From NCBI GenBank assembly GCA_943788815.1, contig CALSRS010000002.1:230636-294635 (forward strand): DNA of 64,000 nt. Reading direction: 5' to 3'. A model generated the notes under the pieces. That model was not told the DNA's origin, did not search any database, and was given only the letters and a program-made list of their open reading frames with translations. Origin of the DNA: an uncultured Gammaproteobacteria bacterium (GTDB lineage Bacteria > Pseudomonadota > Gammaproteobacteria > Eutrophobiales > Eutrophobiaceae). The position numbers and the translations under genes were made by a program. Shown here piece by piece: positions 40,399-50,742 of the stretch. The stretch's first letter is position 1. Each line of letters begins with the position of its first letter.

Positions 40399-42130
40399 TA
40401 TGAATGATCTTTTTCAAATCCTCATTTGTCATCGTCTTCCAGTATCCCTGTACATTTCTTTTAGCAAAAGGTAAATCAAGTATCTTAAACTGCTTCAATA
40501 ACACCTTAACCTCATCCATCGATAGTATCTCGTTACTATCAGCTAAAGATATTTCAATCATTTCTCCGACTAGTTCAAGCATTATTTGAAGATCAAAAGC
40601 TGAACCTGGATGATAATTTTTTATAAATATTTGTATTGCCCTATCTATATCTATTGCTGGTAGTAATGTAGGAATTGATCGAACTGTAATTGACAGAGGT
40701 CCTGATTGTGTTGTATCAAACCCCATTTTCAATAAAGATTCCTGGCAAGAAAGAACTACATCAATTTTTTTATCATTTAATTTCAAAGCCACTGGAACAA
40801 GTAGCGGACGTGATTTTATTTCTCCAGATTTTATTTCTTCAGCCAATACAGTGTATAAAAAATATTTTCTGAGATTATAAAAATCAACCAGCCTAAATCC
40901 TCCTGCATATCTTGTAATTAATATATTTTCCGAGAGTAGCATGACAGGGCTACCAATCGGGCTGCTTTCAACCTGCTTTTGGTCCACCGTTGAATTTGAA
41001 ATCTGATAATTAATCATGTGATCTTTAATCATCAATGTAGGTGCTGATTGCTGTGCGTTTTCGTGTATATCCCACTTATTTCCCTCATCCGAAATAAGTA
41101 AGGCACCCGATTGTCTGTGTTGCCTAACAACATCACTGATTACAGCATAAATAAAATCGTGGATAGTCCTTGGAGTTCGAAATCTGACTTCCTGCTTTGT
41201 AGGATGTACATTCACATCTACTGTGGATGGATCAACTTCGACATACAGGATATAACTGGGATATCTTGACTCATGAACTAATTCATCCAATGCCATACGA
41301 ACTGCATGGTTAATGTGCTTATCCTTAATTATCCGATTATTTAAGAATAGATACTGCCTGTCTGACTGGCTCCTGAATGTCTTCTCATTTCCCACCCAAC
41401 CCCATACTCGTATTCCTGCAATACTGTTATCAATAAACCAGGCGTTTTTATAAAACAAGGTCCCGAATATTGTGGAAAGCCGATCACTGTAATCGTCTTT
41501 ACAGGATCGACACGACAACACTAGATTTTTATTGTTGTATAGATAAAAATCTATATGACATTGGCTCAGGACAAATCGTTTTAATAATTCAAGTATATGT
41601 AAATATTCTGTCTTAGCAGATCGCAGAAACTTTCTACGAGCAGGTACTGGTTGAAATAACTTGATGACATCTACGCTAGTACCGATATTTGCAGCCGCAG
41701 GTAATAGATTTGTATTCGATGTATAAGGATCAAATTCTAGCCTCATCGCATTTTCTTCAGAGGATATTCTTGATGTAATTGAGAACTCTGAAATTGATGC
41801 AATACTGGAAAGGGCTTCCCCCCTGAAACCAAGACTGTTTATTGCATTTAACCCATCTTGGTCCCGGAGTTTGCTGGTTGTATGGCGCTGTATCGCCAAT
41901 TCCAAATCATTTGGATGAATTCCACACCCGTTATCTCTAATAAGGATTTTTTCTGCGCCCCCTCTCTCTACATGGACTTCAATTTTTGTAGCGCCAGAAT
42001 CTATTGCATTTTCTACCAGTTCCTTAACGACAGAAGAGGGTCTTTCAATTACCTCTCCTGCCGCAATCTGATTTATTAAGGAGCCATGTAAGCTGGCTAT
42101 TCTGGGTAGTTCTCGATTCTGTGACATCAA
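40388..42130 (-). CDS. mutL: DNA mismatch repair protein MutL (intact GHKL ATPase domain, divergent C-terminal domain)
   Basis: NQIAAGEVIERP, KELVENAID, GFRGEAL, PARRKFL and VDVNVHPTKQEVRF. Confidence 0.95.
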   Translation of the reverse strand: MMSQNRELPRIASLHGSLINQIAAGEVIERPSSVVKELVENAIDSGATKIEVHVERGGAEKILIRDNGCGIHPNDLELAIQRHTTSKLRDQDGLNAINSLGFRGEALSSIASISEFSITSRISSEENAMRLEFDPYTSNTNLLPAAANIGTSVDVIKLFQPVPARRKFLRSAKTEYLHILELLKRFVLSQCHIDFYLYNNKNLVLSCRSCKDDYSDRLSTIFGTLFYKNAWFIDNSIAGIRVWGWVGNEKTFRSQSDRQYLFLNNRIIKDKHINHAVRMALDELVHESRYPSYILYVEVDPSTVDVNVHPTKQEVRFRTPRTIHDFIYAVISDVVRQHRQSGALLISDEGNKWDIHENAQQSAPTLMIKDHMINYQISNSTVDQKQVESSPIGSPVMLLSENILITRYAGGFRLVDFYNLRKYFLYTVLAEEIKSGEIKSRPLLVPVALKLNDKKIDVVLSCQESLLKMGFDTTQSGPLSITVRSIPTLLPAIDIDRAIQIFIKNYHPGSAFDLQIMLELVGEMIEISLADSNEILSMDEVKVLLKQFKILDLPFAKRNVQGYWKTMTNEDLKKIIHNGN

Positions 42131-42222
42131 TCTAGATTAACGTCACATTAGTAGACAGTGAAGTATTTTATACAAACAAATTGAACAGCGTAGATTAGTC
42201 AGATACTAGCTGACATAAGAGA

Positions 42223-43545
42223 TTAACTGCCACTTAGTGGAATTATGAGTTTCTGACCTATGCGAATCTTGTCTGAGGCAAGACCATTTGCCTGTCTGAG
42301 GCTACTCAAACTGACCCTGTGACGACTTGCAATATCAGACAATGTGTCCCCACGGGAAATCACATATTCCAAGGACCTGTATTGGGAAATTATTGAATTG
42401 TCTGGCGGATTAAACCTGAAATATGCCTCTAGACCCGCAAGAAGAGCACTGGTGAGAGCTTCTTGATGGCTTGGGCTCCTGAGCTTTTTTTCTTCGCCAG
42501 GGTTGGATATATAAGCCGTCTCGACTAAAACAGATGGTATATCAGGTGATTTTAAAACTGCAAATGCAGCAGATTCTACTCGACGTTTATGCAATTTACC
42601 CACACTTTTCAAACCTGCAAGTATCTTGTCTGCAACATCAATACTGGCTTCAAGGCTGGCTGTTTGGGATAAATCCAGTAATACCGAAGCCAGAACATCA
42701 TCCTTGTCTTCCAGTTTAACCCCACCTATCAAATCTGAAGCATTTTCCTTTGCAGCAAGCCACTTGGCATGTTCACTACTGGCTCCCTTTTGGGACAATA
42801 CATAAACGGATGATCCCGATACCCTGGGATCTGTAAAGGCATCAGCATGTACGGAAACAAACAAATCGGCATTATGTTTTCTGGCCTTGTCTATACGATC
42901 TCTCAATCTTACATAGTAATCCCCTTCCCTTATGAGCACGGCTTTCATTCCATGGACCTGGTTTATTTTAGCTACCAGTTTTTTTGCCAGTATTAACGCT
43001 ATATCTTTTTCATACGTACCAGATGGGCCAATTGAACCAGGATCTTCCCCACCGTGTCCGGCGTCTATTGCAATTACTACGTCACGAGGCGCCAATATCT
43101 CATCTATTGATTTTGTGTTTTCATCAATAACATCGGTTTCCTGATTATCATCGCTAGAAAGGTCAATCACAAGACGGTAACCGTATGTTTTATTAGGTTC
43201 AAGTTGAAAACTTTTAACAATGGCAAATTTTTTCAGATCCAGGACAACTCTAAGGTCATCCTCGTGATTAGCGCTACGTAATCTTCTGAGATATCTATCT
43301 GCATCTACGGGTTGAGACAGGTCATTTTTTAATCTTGCATTACTTATATCGACAACTGCACGGAAAGGATCGTTGAGCTTGGTTAATTCATGGTCAATAG
43401 GACCACTGAGATCTAAAACAATTCGGGTATTTTCAGGCGCAGCCCAGATACGAATATTCTCGACATCAATAGTAGCTGCCGATACGGTCCAGGTAAAAAA
43501 CGTTAAAATGATATAAAAAAGTAGACGCATATTAATAATTGTCAC
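42223..43545 (-). CDS. amiB: N-acetylmuramoyl-L-alanine amidase (AMIN + Amidase_3 + LysM)
   Basis: IDAGHGGEDPG, EK, SVHAD, FAVLKSPDIPSVLVETAYISN; C-terminal LysM GDTLSDIA. Confidence 0.92.
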   Translation of the reverse strand: MTIINMRLLFYIILTFFTWTVSAATIDVENIRIWAAPENTRIVLDLSGPIDHELTKLNDPFRAVVDISNARLKNDLSQPVDADRYLRRLRSANHEDDLRVVLDLKKFAIVKSFQLEPNKTYGYRLVIDLSSDDNQETDVIDENTKSIDEILAPRDVVIAIDAGHGGEDPGSIGPSGTYEKDIALILAKKLVAKINQVHGMKAVLIREGDYYVRLRDRIDKARKHNADLFVSVHADAFTDPRVSGSSVYVLSQKGASSEHAKWLAAKENASDLIGGVKLEDKDDVLASVLLDLSQTASLEASIDVADKILAGLKSVGKLHKRRVESAAFAVLKSPDIPSVLVETAYISNPGEEKKLRSPSHQEALTSALLAGLEAYFRFNPPDNSIISQYRSLEYVISRGDTLSDIASRHRVSLSSLRQANGLASDKIRIGQKLIIPLSGS

Positions 43546-43634
43546 TTAATTTCAAACGTATTACACTAATAATTTCAATTTTTTATTAGAAAATCAAGCT
43601 ATCTTTATGATTTAAAACAATATTAAGCTGATAT

Positions 43635-44099
43635 CTAATGATTCATTTGAGATGATATCTTAGTAATCAATGGCTTAGCAACGCCTCCTGGGGCTAAGAT
43701 ATCTACAATCCTGCTATCATTCTCTATTTGTATTTTTACTAATAAATCAGGGATTTCAAGGTAATCATCTGCTTTCTCTGGCCATTCTATTAAACATATA
43801 GAATCTGCTCCCAGATACTCTCTGTATCCAATGGCTTCCAATTCCAATGAAGATTCAATCCGGTAAAGGTCAAAATGAAATACAGAATATGCCTCAAATT
43901 CATAAGGTTCCACCAGAGTAAAGGTTGGACTTTTCACATTCCCAAGATAACCCAATCCACGCAAGAAGCCTCTCACCAGGGTAGTTTTACCTGCACCCAG
44001 AGGCCCTGATAAGTGAATTTTCATGCCTGGGTTAGAAACTTGTGATATTACGATACCAAGTTTCTCCATCTCAGCTGCACTATTAATAATCTTATTCAT
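43635..44099 (-). CDS. tsaE: tRNA threonylcarbamoyladenosine biosynthesis ATPase
   Basis: GPLGAGKTT, VKSPTFTLVEPY, HFDLYR and IEWPE. Confidence 0.96.
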   Translation of the reverse strand: MNKIINSAAEMEKLGIVISQVSNPGMKIHLSGPLGAGKTTLVRGFLRGLGYLGNVKSPTFTLVEPYEFEAYSVFHFDLYRIESSLELEAIGYREYLGADSICLIEWPEKADDYLEIPDLLVKIQIENDSRIVDILAPGGVAKPLITKISSQMNH

Positions 44100-45595
44100 T
44101 TATCAATATTTACCAATTTGCGAATATATGGAAACAGATCTGTTGCCATCATGCCTCGTTCTCCATCCTGGGCAGCGCTTAAATCTCCTGCGCGTGCATG
44201 GAGACATACGGCCGATGAAGCTGCCAATTCCATATCTATTCCCTGCGCTATTAAACCTGCAATGATGCCTGTCAATACATCTCCCATTCCGCCAGTCGCC
44301 ATACCTGGATTACCATCCTTACAAATCCTAAGACAAGTAGATGAAGCTATGATTGTTCCAGATCCTTTCAGGACGATGACACCGCCAAATTTTTGCTGTA
44401 AGGCTTTAGCTACTGTAATACGGTCTGACTGGACCTCATACACAGAAATGTTTAATAAACGAGCAGCTTCGCCTGGATGTGGCGTCAACACCCAGTTATT
44501 TCGTTTTATCGGATCTACAGCAAGGAGGTTGAGGGCATCTGCATCAATTACCAATGGATATTTAGTATCAAGAATCTCCATCAGTAAACCAACAGACCAT
44601 GATGTTGTCCCAAGGCCGGGTCCAATAGCGATAACTGTAGCCCGACTTAACAGTGATCGAATATCACTGGGAGAACTAATTCCTGCTGCCATTAGTTCAG
44701 GGCAACTATTTTGTAGGGTATAAGCATGTTCAGGACGTGTTGCAATACTGACAAGACCCGCACCAGTGCGAGCCGCTGCCTCACCACTCATTATTACAGC
44801 ACCGGCATAGCCATAATCACCACCAATGATCAAGACGTGACCATTATGACCTTTGTGATTTGTCCGACTACGTGGAGAAAATAAATATTCGAAAATTGAG
44901 ATATCTACAAGTTCAGCAGTTTGTGTAACTGACTGATAAATAACTGGAGGAACATCCAACTTATTAAAAATAATTTTTTTGCAATAATCTGCCGCCTCAC
45001 CGGTATGCATACCCTGTTTTTGACCAATGAAAGTCACGGTACAATCAGATTTAACCGCTGCTCCTTGAACCTTACCGGTATTAGCATCTAAGCCTGAAGG
45101 GACGTCCACTGAAACAACTGGAATACTGGATTCATTAATATAATTTATAGCTTTTAGATATTGCCCCGTTACTACTCTATCAGTTCCTGTACCAAGAATT
45201 GCATCGACGATGACATCAATATTTGCAAATTCTATTTCATCCAATGAGTCCAGAGGGACCTGATGCAATGACAAATACTCATTTGCGGCAATCAGAGCAT
45301 CACCTTTCAATTTTTCTACTGGGCTAATTGCAATAACTGTCACATCCAGTTTTGCTTCCAGGGCTAATTTGGCAATCACATAACCATCACCTGCATTATT
45401 ACCGCCACCGCAAATCACAAGAATATGTTTTGCGTCGGGCCACTCATTGAGCAATATATCCCAGGTAACCTGTCCTGCTCTATGCATCAGATCAATTCCC
45501 GGAATTTTGTGTTCTTCTATCGCGATGCGATCCAGCTCACGGACTATACTGGCTGGATATAACCTGCGATTAATATCTATGGAAGAGATACCCAT
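44096..45595 (-). CDS. nnr: Bifunctional NAD(P)H-hydrate epimerase/dehydratase
   Basis: GGGNNAGDG, DVPSG, HKGHNG, GPGLG, DADAL, TPHPGEA and GGMGDVL. Confidence 0.95.
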   Translation of the reverse strand: MGISSIDINRRLYPASIVRELDRIAIEEHKIPGIDLMHRAGQVTWDILLNEWPDAKHILVICGGGNNAGDGYVIAKLALEAKLDVTVIAISPVEKLKGDALIAANEYLSLHQVPLDSLDEIEFANIDVIVDAILGTGTDRVVTGQYLKAINYINESSIPVVSVDVPSGLDANTGKVQGAAVKSDCTVTFIGQKQGMHTGEAADYCKKIIFNKLDVPPVIYQSVTQTAELVDISIFEYLFSPRSRTNHKGHNGHVLIIGGDYGYAGAVIMSGEAAARTGAGLVSIATRPEHAYTLQNSCPELMAAGISSPSDIRSLLSRATVIAIGPGLGTTSWSVGLLMEILDTKYPLVIDADALNLLAVDPIKRNNWVLTPHPGEAARLLNISVYEVQSDRITVAKALQQKFGGVIVLKGSGTIIASSTCLRICKDGNPGMATGGMGDVLTGIIAGLIAQGIDMELAASSAVCLHARAGDLSAAQDGERGMMATDLFPYIRKLVNIDK

Positions 45596-45597
45596 GA

Positions 45598-46152
45598 CTA
45601 AAACTTGAAATAATTGTCACGATAGAATTGTAATTCTTCTATGGAATCCTTGATATCATTGAGGGCAAGATGGCTGGAGTTTTTTAGAAATTGTGGTTTT
45701 CCCGATGCCCATCGTTTGACCAGTTCCTTGAAACTACTAACATCCAGATTGCGGTAATGAAAATAGACTTCTAGATCAGGCATAAATCGATGCAGGAAAC
45801 GACGATCCTGACAAATGCTATTACCACACATAGGTGAAACATTAGCAGGGACATATTCTTGCAGGAACTCCAGCGTCAGTTTTTCAGCCTGCTTATTTGC
45901 ATACTGACTACTCTTGACCCGGTCAATCAGACCTGATTTCCCGTGCTGTGTGGTATTCCACTCGTCCATATTGTTTAATATGACGTCCTCCACATGAATA
46001 GCAATTACAGGCCCCTCGGCGAGTATCTCTAAATTCGCATTTGTAATTACTGTTGCAATTTCGATGATATAATCTGCATCTGGATCGAGGCCAGTCATTT
46101 CCAGGTCTATCCAAATCAGATTGTCAGGTGATTGATTCATTATGATTTTCAA
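45598..46152 (-). CDS. orn: Oligoribonuclease
   Basis: [30 protein letters not shown] and HLAL.DI..SI.EL..YR. Confidence 0.97.
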   Translation of the reverse strand: MKIIMNQSPDNLIWIDLEMTGLDPDADYIIEIATVITNANLEILAEGPVIAIHVEDVILNNMDEWNTTQHGKSGLIDRVKSSQYANKQAEKLTLEFLQEYVPANVSPMCGNSICQDRRFLHRFMPDLEVYFHYRNLDVSSFKELVKRWASGKPQFLKNSSHLALNDIKDSIEELQFYRDNYFKF

Positions 46153-46223
46153 CTAGTTTCTGGAACATTTTAACCTAATATCGTACGAAATCGACATTCA
46201 ACATAATAATCAGGATTAATTAC

Positions 46224-47468
46224 ATGAATTCATTCAGTTTTCTGTTTCTTGCCTTTCTCACAATTGGCCTTGTTGTACAGTATTTACTGATATATAGGCA
46301 CATCCACTATGTCGCCAAACATAAAGAAACTGTACCTGAGCAATTTACTGACAAGATCAGTTTAGAAGCACATCAAAAGGCTGCAGATTATACCCAGGCT
46401 AAATCTCGTACTGCGAGTATTGAATTAATTATCAGCACAGTGATATTACTAGCGTGGACCTTAGGTGGTGGATTAAATATTTTCGATAATATCTGGCGTA
46501 AGCTATCCCTTTCACCATTGTGGACAGGTGTAGGATTAATGTTAACGGTCATGCTGCTTTCAAGCCTGCTTGATCTCCCCATGTCTGTTTACCGAACATT
46601 TGTACAGGAAGAGAATTTTGGTTTTAACAAAACCACACCAAAGACATTTATTACGGATTTATTTAAATCATTGACACTCAGTCTGGTAATTGGCGTGCCC
46701 ATGCTGGCACTGGTGTTATGGCTAATGATGAATGCCGGCGATCTCTGGTGGCTTTATGTCTGGATGACATGGTTGGGATTTAGTTTATTTATGATGTGGT
46801 TTTATCCTGCTTTCATCGCACCAATATTTAATAAATTCAGACCTCTTGAAAACCAGGATTTGAAAACGCGTATAGAATCGCTGCTGGATAGAAATGGTTT
46901 CACCAGCCAGGGAGTTTTTGTCATGGATGGTTCCACGCGTTCCACCCATGGCAACGCATACTTTACAGGAATGGGGGGGAATAAACGTATTGTCTTCTTC
47001 GATACATTGATGGATGATCTATCCCACGAAGAAATTGAAGCGGTACTTGCCCATGAACTCGGACATTTTAAATGCAACCATATTAAAAAACGGATTGCAC
47101 TCATGGCTACTACATTCCTCATAGGTTTGTGGATATTGGGTTGGCTAATCGATAAACCCTGGTTTTACAACGGGCTGGGAGTAGAAATGCCCTCCACCTA
47201 CATGGCACTGATTCTGTTTATGTTTGCAATCCCTGTATTTACATTCTTCATGCAACCCATGTTTGCCTATTATTCCAGACTGCATGAATTTGAAGCTGAT
47301 GACTTTGCTGCAAACCAGGCCCAGTCTGAAAACCTGATCCAGGCATTGGTGAAATTATATAAAGAAAATGCCAATACCCTGACACCAGATCCGCTTTACT
47401 CGGCGTTTCATGATTCCCATCCTCCAGCTCCCATACGCATTGCTCATTTATCAGAAAAACAGGTTTAA
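46224..47468 (+). CDS. M48A (Ste24-like) integral membrane zinc peptidase
   Basis: FGFNKTT, MDGSTRSTHGNAYFTG, AHELGH, HEFEAD and SHPP. Confidence 0.93.
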   Translation: MNSFSFLFLAFLTIGLVVQYLLIYRHIHYVAKHKETVPEQFTDKISLEAHQKAADYTQAKSRTASIELIISTVILLAWTLGGGLNIFDNIWRKLSLSPLWTGVGLMLTVMLLSSLLDLPMSVYRTFVQEENFGFNKTTPKTFITDLFKSLTLSLVIGVPMLALVLWLMMNAGDLWWLYVWMTWLGFSLFMMWFYPAFIAPIFNKFRPLENQDLKTRIESLLDRNGFTSQGVFVMDGSTRSTHGNAYFTGMGGNKRIVFFDTLMDDLSHEEIEAVLAHELGHFKCNHIKKRIALMATTFLIGLWILGWLIDKPWFYNGLGVEMPSTYMALILFMFAIPVFTFFMQPMFAYYSRLHEFEADDFAANQAQSENLIQALVKLYKENANTLTPDPLYSAFHDSHPPAPIRIAHLSEKQV

Positions 47469-47535
47469 ATCACACAGGACCAAGAATTTAATCTTATTAA
47501 TTCTTCAAATTGAGATAAATCTTTAGGGTTAAGGA

Positions 47536-47566
47536 TTTTATGGCGTTCAGTCAGCGCCTTATAAAA
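47536..47566. terminator. Possible bidirectional hairpin terminator between the M48 gene and recR
   Basis: TTTTATGGCG-TTCAGTCAG-CGCCTTATAAAA imperfect inverted repeat. Confidence 0.35.
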
Positions 47567-47789
47567 GGACAGACAAGCTACATGTCATCACATGGATATT
47601 GAACCATAATCAATATTAGATAAATTTTTTTTATTGAGATGAGACCAGAACCTATTAAAAATTTGATACCTGCACGAATGCATGTAGTAAAAACAAGTAA
47701 GAACCTGAAACGAGTTAACAGCCTCTGCCCAGCCTCGCATCAGAGCAAGGTGAGAACGAAGTTTCGTAAACAATAAAAAGAAAACGGCT

Positions 47790-48383
47790 TTAGATTTCTC
47801 TTCTACCTGACAAGGCCTCTGACAGCGTTCCGCTATCAATATATTCAAGCTCCCCCCCCACGGGTACACCGTGAGCTATACGGGACACTTTAATCTTGTT
47901 TTTCCTGACCATCTCACTGATGAAGTGTGCAGTGGCCTCGCCTTCAACGGTGGAATTTGTAGCCATGATGACTTCCTTAACTTCGCCTTCCTTCATGATT
48001 TCATCAAGTTTTTCCAGGCCCAGATCTTCTGGACCCACACCATCCAGAGGGGAAAGGTGCCCCATGAGCACAAAATAGACACCTCTATAAGCAGCATCCT
48101 CCACTGCAAATACGTCGGCCGGACTTTCTACCACGCACAGTAATGATTTATCACGATTATTGTTAGAACAAATTACACATAACTCCAATTCAGTAAAATT
48201 CCGACAACGAATGCAATGGCCAATTTCGTCCATGGCAAGCTGCAATGCTGATGCAAGGTCGCGTGCGCCATGACGGTTTCTTTGTAATAAATGGTATGAA
48301 ATACGCTGGGCAGATTTTCTCCCTATGCCGGGCAAACAACATAGTGCAGTAATCAACTGGTCGAGCCGTGAAGATGAAGACAT
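47790..48383 (-). CDS. recR: Recombination mediator RecR
   Basis: LPGIGRKSAQR, C4 zinc finger, ATNSTVEGEATA and RIAHGVPVGGELEY. Confidence 0.97.
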   Translation of the reverse strand: MSSSSRLDQLITALCCLPGIGRKSAQRISYHLLQRNRHGARDLASALQLAMDEIGHCIRCRNFTELELCVICSNNNRDKSLLCVVESPADVFAVEDAAYRGVYFVLMGHLSPLDGVGPEDLGLEKLDEIMKEGEVKEVIMATNSTVEGEATAHFISEMVRKNKIKVSRIAHGVPVGGELEYIDSGTLSEALSGRREI

Positions 48384-48573
48384 ATTAAATTCTAAATTAC
48401 TTAATTTTTTTATTCTAAAAAACTGGAATCGTTTTTAATTATTTTTTTCAACAATGATAAGGATCGCGCATATTGATAAATCAAATTTATAGAGCAACTG
48501 CAGACTTTCGACTCCACATTATTATGATAGGCACGAGCCTAATATTGATAATAACAGCTATTTTGATGCGGCT

Positions 48574-48897
48574 CTAAAATGGCAGGTTCATACCCGCGGG
48601 TAGATTCAACCCAGCAGATATTTCTGACATTTTTTCCTGAGTCATAATTTCCACACGCCGATTCGCATCATTAACAGCCGCCGCCACGAGATCTTCCAAC
48701 ATATCTACATCATCCCCTATCAAGCTCGGATCAATATTAATTTTTTTGACATCATGCTTTCCTGTCATGGTAACCTTTACCAGGCCTGCACCCGACTCAC
48801 CTGTAACTTCTGTTTTGGCAATGTCATCTTGCACTTTTTTCAGATTTTCCTGCATCTGCTGTGCCTGTTTCATTATATTTCCTAATCCTGCTTTCAT
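48574..48897 (-). CDS. ybaB: Nucleoid-associated protein YbaB/EbfC
   Basis: [17 protein letters not shown] and [13 protein letters not shown]. Confidence 0.96.
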   Translation of the reverse strand: MKAGLGNIMKQAQQMQENLKKVQDDIAKTEVTGESGAGLVKVTMTGKHDVKKINIDPSLIGDDVDMLEDLVAAAVNDANRRVEIMTQEKMSEISAGLNLPAGMNLPF

Positions 48898-48914
48898 ATT
48901 CGCCTCAACAATAC

Positions 48915-50474
48915 TTATTGTGGTTGTATCGTGTTTTGTTCAATAGTTGCATTAAATGTATCAACGATATTCTTAACATCTTGATCATCATTGAATGACT
49001 CTATTGCCTGTTGTTCTCGCTCATCCTTCAATCTTTTCTTGGATTGGTTTGGTGTCTCAGAATCAGGTTCTTCAACCGTAATTACTAATTTCACATCCTT
49101 GCCAAATCGTTCATGTATAACACTTTGCAAACGTTCCTGTTGAATAGTTCTCAACAGGTGTTCCTGACTAGGCAGTAGAACTAGATGTATACGGTCACGA
49201 TCATGTTCTTTTAATATACAATTTCCTGCCAGTTCCCGGACCAGCCCCGTCAGGGCCATTTCATCTATTAAATTCTTCCAGTCTTTACCGATACTTGCTT
49301 CTGCTGACTCATGATTTATATTTGCTAGATCAGGTTTAACAGAGGTGTGAGTTTGTTTTCCATTCAAGTCTTCAGGTCCTCGGCTAACTGTATTTGGCCG
49401 AAATGCCAGCATTCTCACCAGGGTCATTTCAAACCCTATCTTTGTATCTGGCGACATAAATAGATCTCTTCTGCCAGCAAGAGCAATCTGGTAATACAAT
49501 TGAACATCCTCTTTACCTAAACGCTCTGCCAGATGACGAATATCTGCTCTGATATCCGTCAATGTGTCTGCCCCGGCACCGATGGCCTGACACACTGCCA
49601 TATCATGCAAGTCAGTAAGGATTTCTGCAAAGACAGCATCATAATCAGGCGTATGCTCGTCCATCTTATCGATACAATGTATCAGTGCGGTGGCATCATT
49701 GTTTATCAATGCCTCGTAGAGTGATATCAAATCCTGGCTGTCTATAGTACCCAGCATATCTCTCACCAGTTCCTGCTTTAATTCACCACTGCCGTGGGAA
49801 ATCGCCTGGTCAAGCAAACTCAAAGCATCTCGCATACTTCCATTTGCTCCCGCTGCAATCAGACGTAATGATTCATCGTCTGTCTTAACATCTTCCTTTT
49901 CAGCAATCATCTTTAATTGTGCTGTAATTTGATCACGGGTCAGATGTTTCAAATTAAATTGCAGACAACGAGATAAAATTGTTACTGGCAATTTCTTGGG
50001 CTCAGTGGTAGCCAATAAAAATTTCACATGGGGAGGTGGTTCTTCCAGAGTTTTTAATAAAGCATTAAAACTATGATTGGAAAACATATGAACTTCATCT
50101 ATTAAGTAAACTTTGTAACGTCCATTACTAGGTGCATACTGGACGTTATCCATAAGATCACGTGTCTCCTCAACCTTGGCACGGGACGCGGCATCTACTT
50201 CGATTAAATCAACAAATCTTCCATTATCTATAGAAGTGCATGCGCTACAGCTACCGCAAGGTACGGAGCTAACACCTTCCTCACAATTCAGACATTTTGC
50301 CAAAATTCTGGCGAGGGTGGTTTTACCTACACCACGTGTTCCTGTAAATAAATATGCATGATGTAGCCGATCAGAATCCAGGGCATTTTTTAACGCTGCA
50401 AGAACATGGTGTTGTCCAACCATGTCATCAAACGATTGTGGGCGCCATTTTCTGGCAAGGACCTGATATGTCAT
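48915..50474 (-). CDS. dnaX: DNA polymerase III subunit gamma/tau
   Basis: [40 protein letters not shown] and a tau C-terminal domain. Confidence 0.97.
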   Translation of the reverse strand: MTYQVLARKWRPQSFDDMVGQHHVLAALKNALDSDRLHHAYLFTGTRGVGKTTLARILAKCLNCEEGVSSVPCGSCSACTSIDNGRFVDLIEVDAASRAKVEETRDLMDNVQYAPSNGRYKVYLIDEVHMFSNHSFNALLKTLEEPPPHVKFLLATTEPKKLPVTILSRCLQFNLKHLTRDQITAQLKMIAEKEDVKTDDESLRLIAAGANGSMRDALSLLDQAISHGSGELKQELVRDMLGTIDSQDLISLYEALINNDATALIHCIDKMDEHTPDYDAVFAEILTDLHDMAVCQAIGAGADTLTDIRADIRHLAERLGKEDVQLYYQIALAGRRDLFMSPDTKIGFEMTLVRMLAFRPNTVSRGPEDLNGKQTHTSVKPDLANINHESAEASIGKDWKNLIDEMALTGLVRELAGNCILKEHDRDRIHLVLLPSQEHLLRTIQQERLQSVIHERFGKDVKLVITVEEPDSETPNQSKKRLKDEREQQAIESFNDDQDVKNIVDTFNATIEQNTIQPQ

Positions 50475-50540
50475 GTTTGTTTACACCTTTTTACAACTAA
50501 CAGGTCTTGCCTGCTTATCCTTGTTTATTATATTTTAAAG

Positions 50541-50641
50541 GGCCCGCACCGAATCTAACGCACCCGTATCCATTATTACCGCTGCTCCCTTCCGGGCCTG
50601 ACGGGGTTCATAATTTAACGCCACGAAGACCGATACGGACC
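50541..50641 (-). ncRNA. ffs: Signal recognition particle RNA (4.5S)
   Basis: Minus strand contains domain IV TCAGGCCCGGAAGGGAGCAGC; ends GGTCCGTATCGG / TCGGTGCGGGCC pair; usual position upstream of dnaX; TACTAT -10-like box at 50651-50656. Confidence 0.92.
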
Positions 50642-50742
50642 ACATCGTAAATAGTAACATATCTACTGCCTGAACCAATCTGAAAACCTGCTAATATTTG
50701 AGGTAAATGGAGAAAATACAGAGTCTTAGTTGAAGTATGAAA

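Noticed and set aside
44118-44723. 201-aa plus-strand ORF antisense to nnr, and the many other 60-156 aa ORFs overlapping real genes
   Set aside because: They lie within well-supported genes, carry no recognisable motifs, and are expected shadow ORFs.
47700-47770. Integron attC site
   Set aside because: The ends do not match RYYYAAC/GTTRRRY, and there is no cassette ORF or integrase.
47588-47869. 93-aa minus-strand ORF overlapping the recR 3' end
   Set aside because: No Shine-Dalgarno or motif, atypical composition, and an out-of-frame overlap with recR.
48473-48484. FNR box-like palindrome TTGATAAATCAA upstream of recR
   Set aside because: The spacer is 2 bp rather than the required 4, and the background is AT-rich.
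48915-50474. Programmed -1 frameshift or slippage site in dnaX producing gamma
   Set aside because: I saw no A-AAA-AAG heptamer or long A run on the coding strand; this was a scan by eye only.
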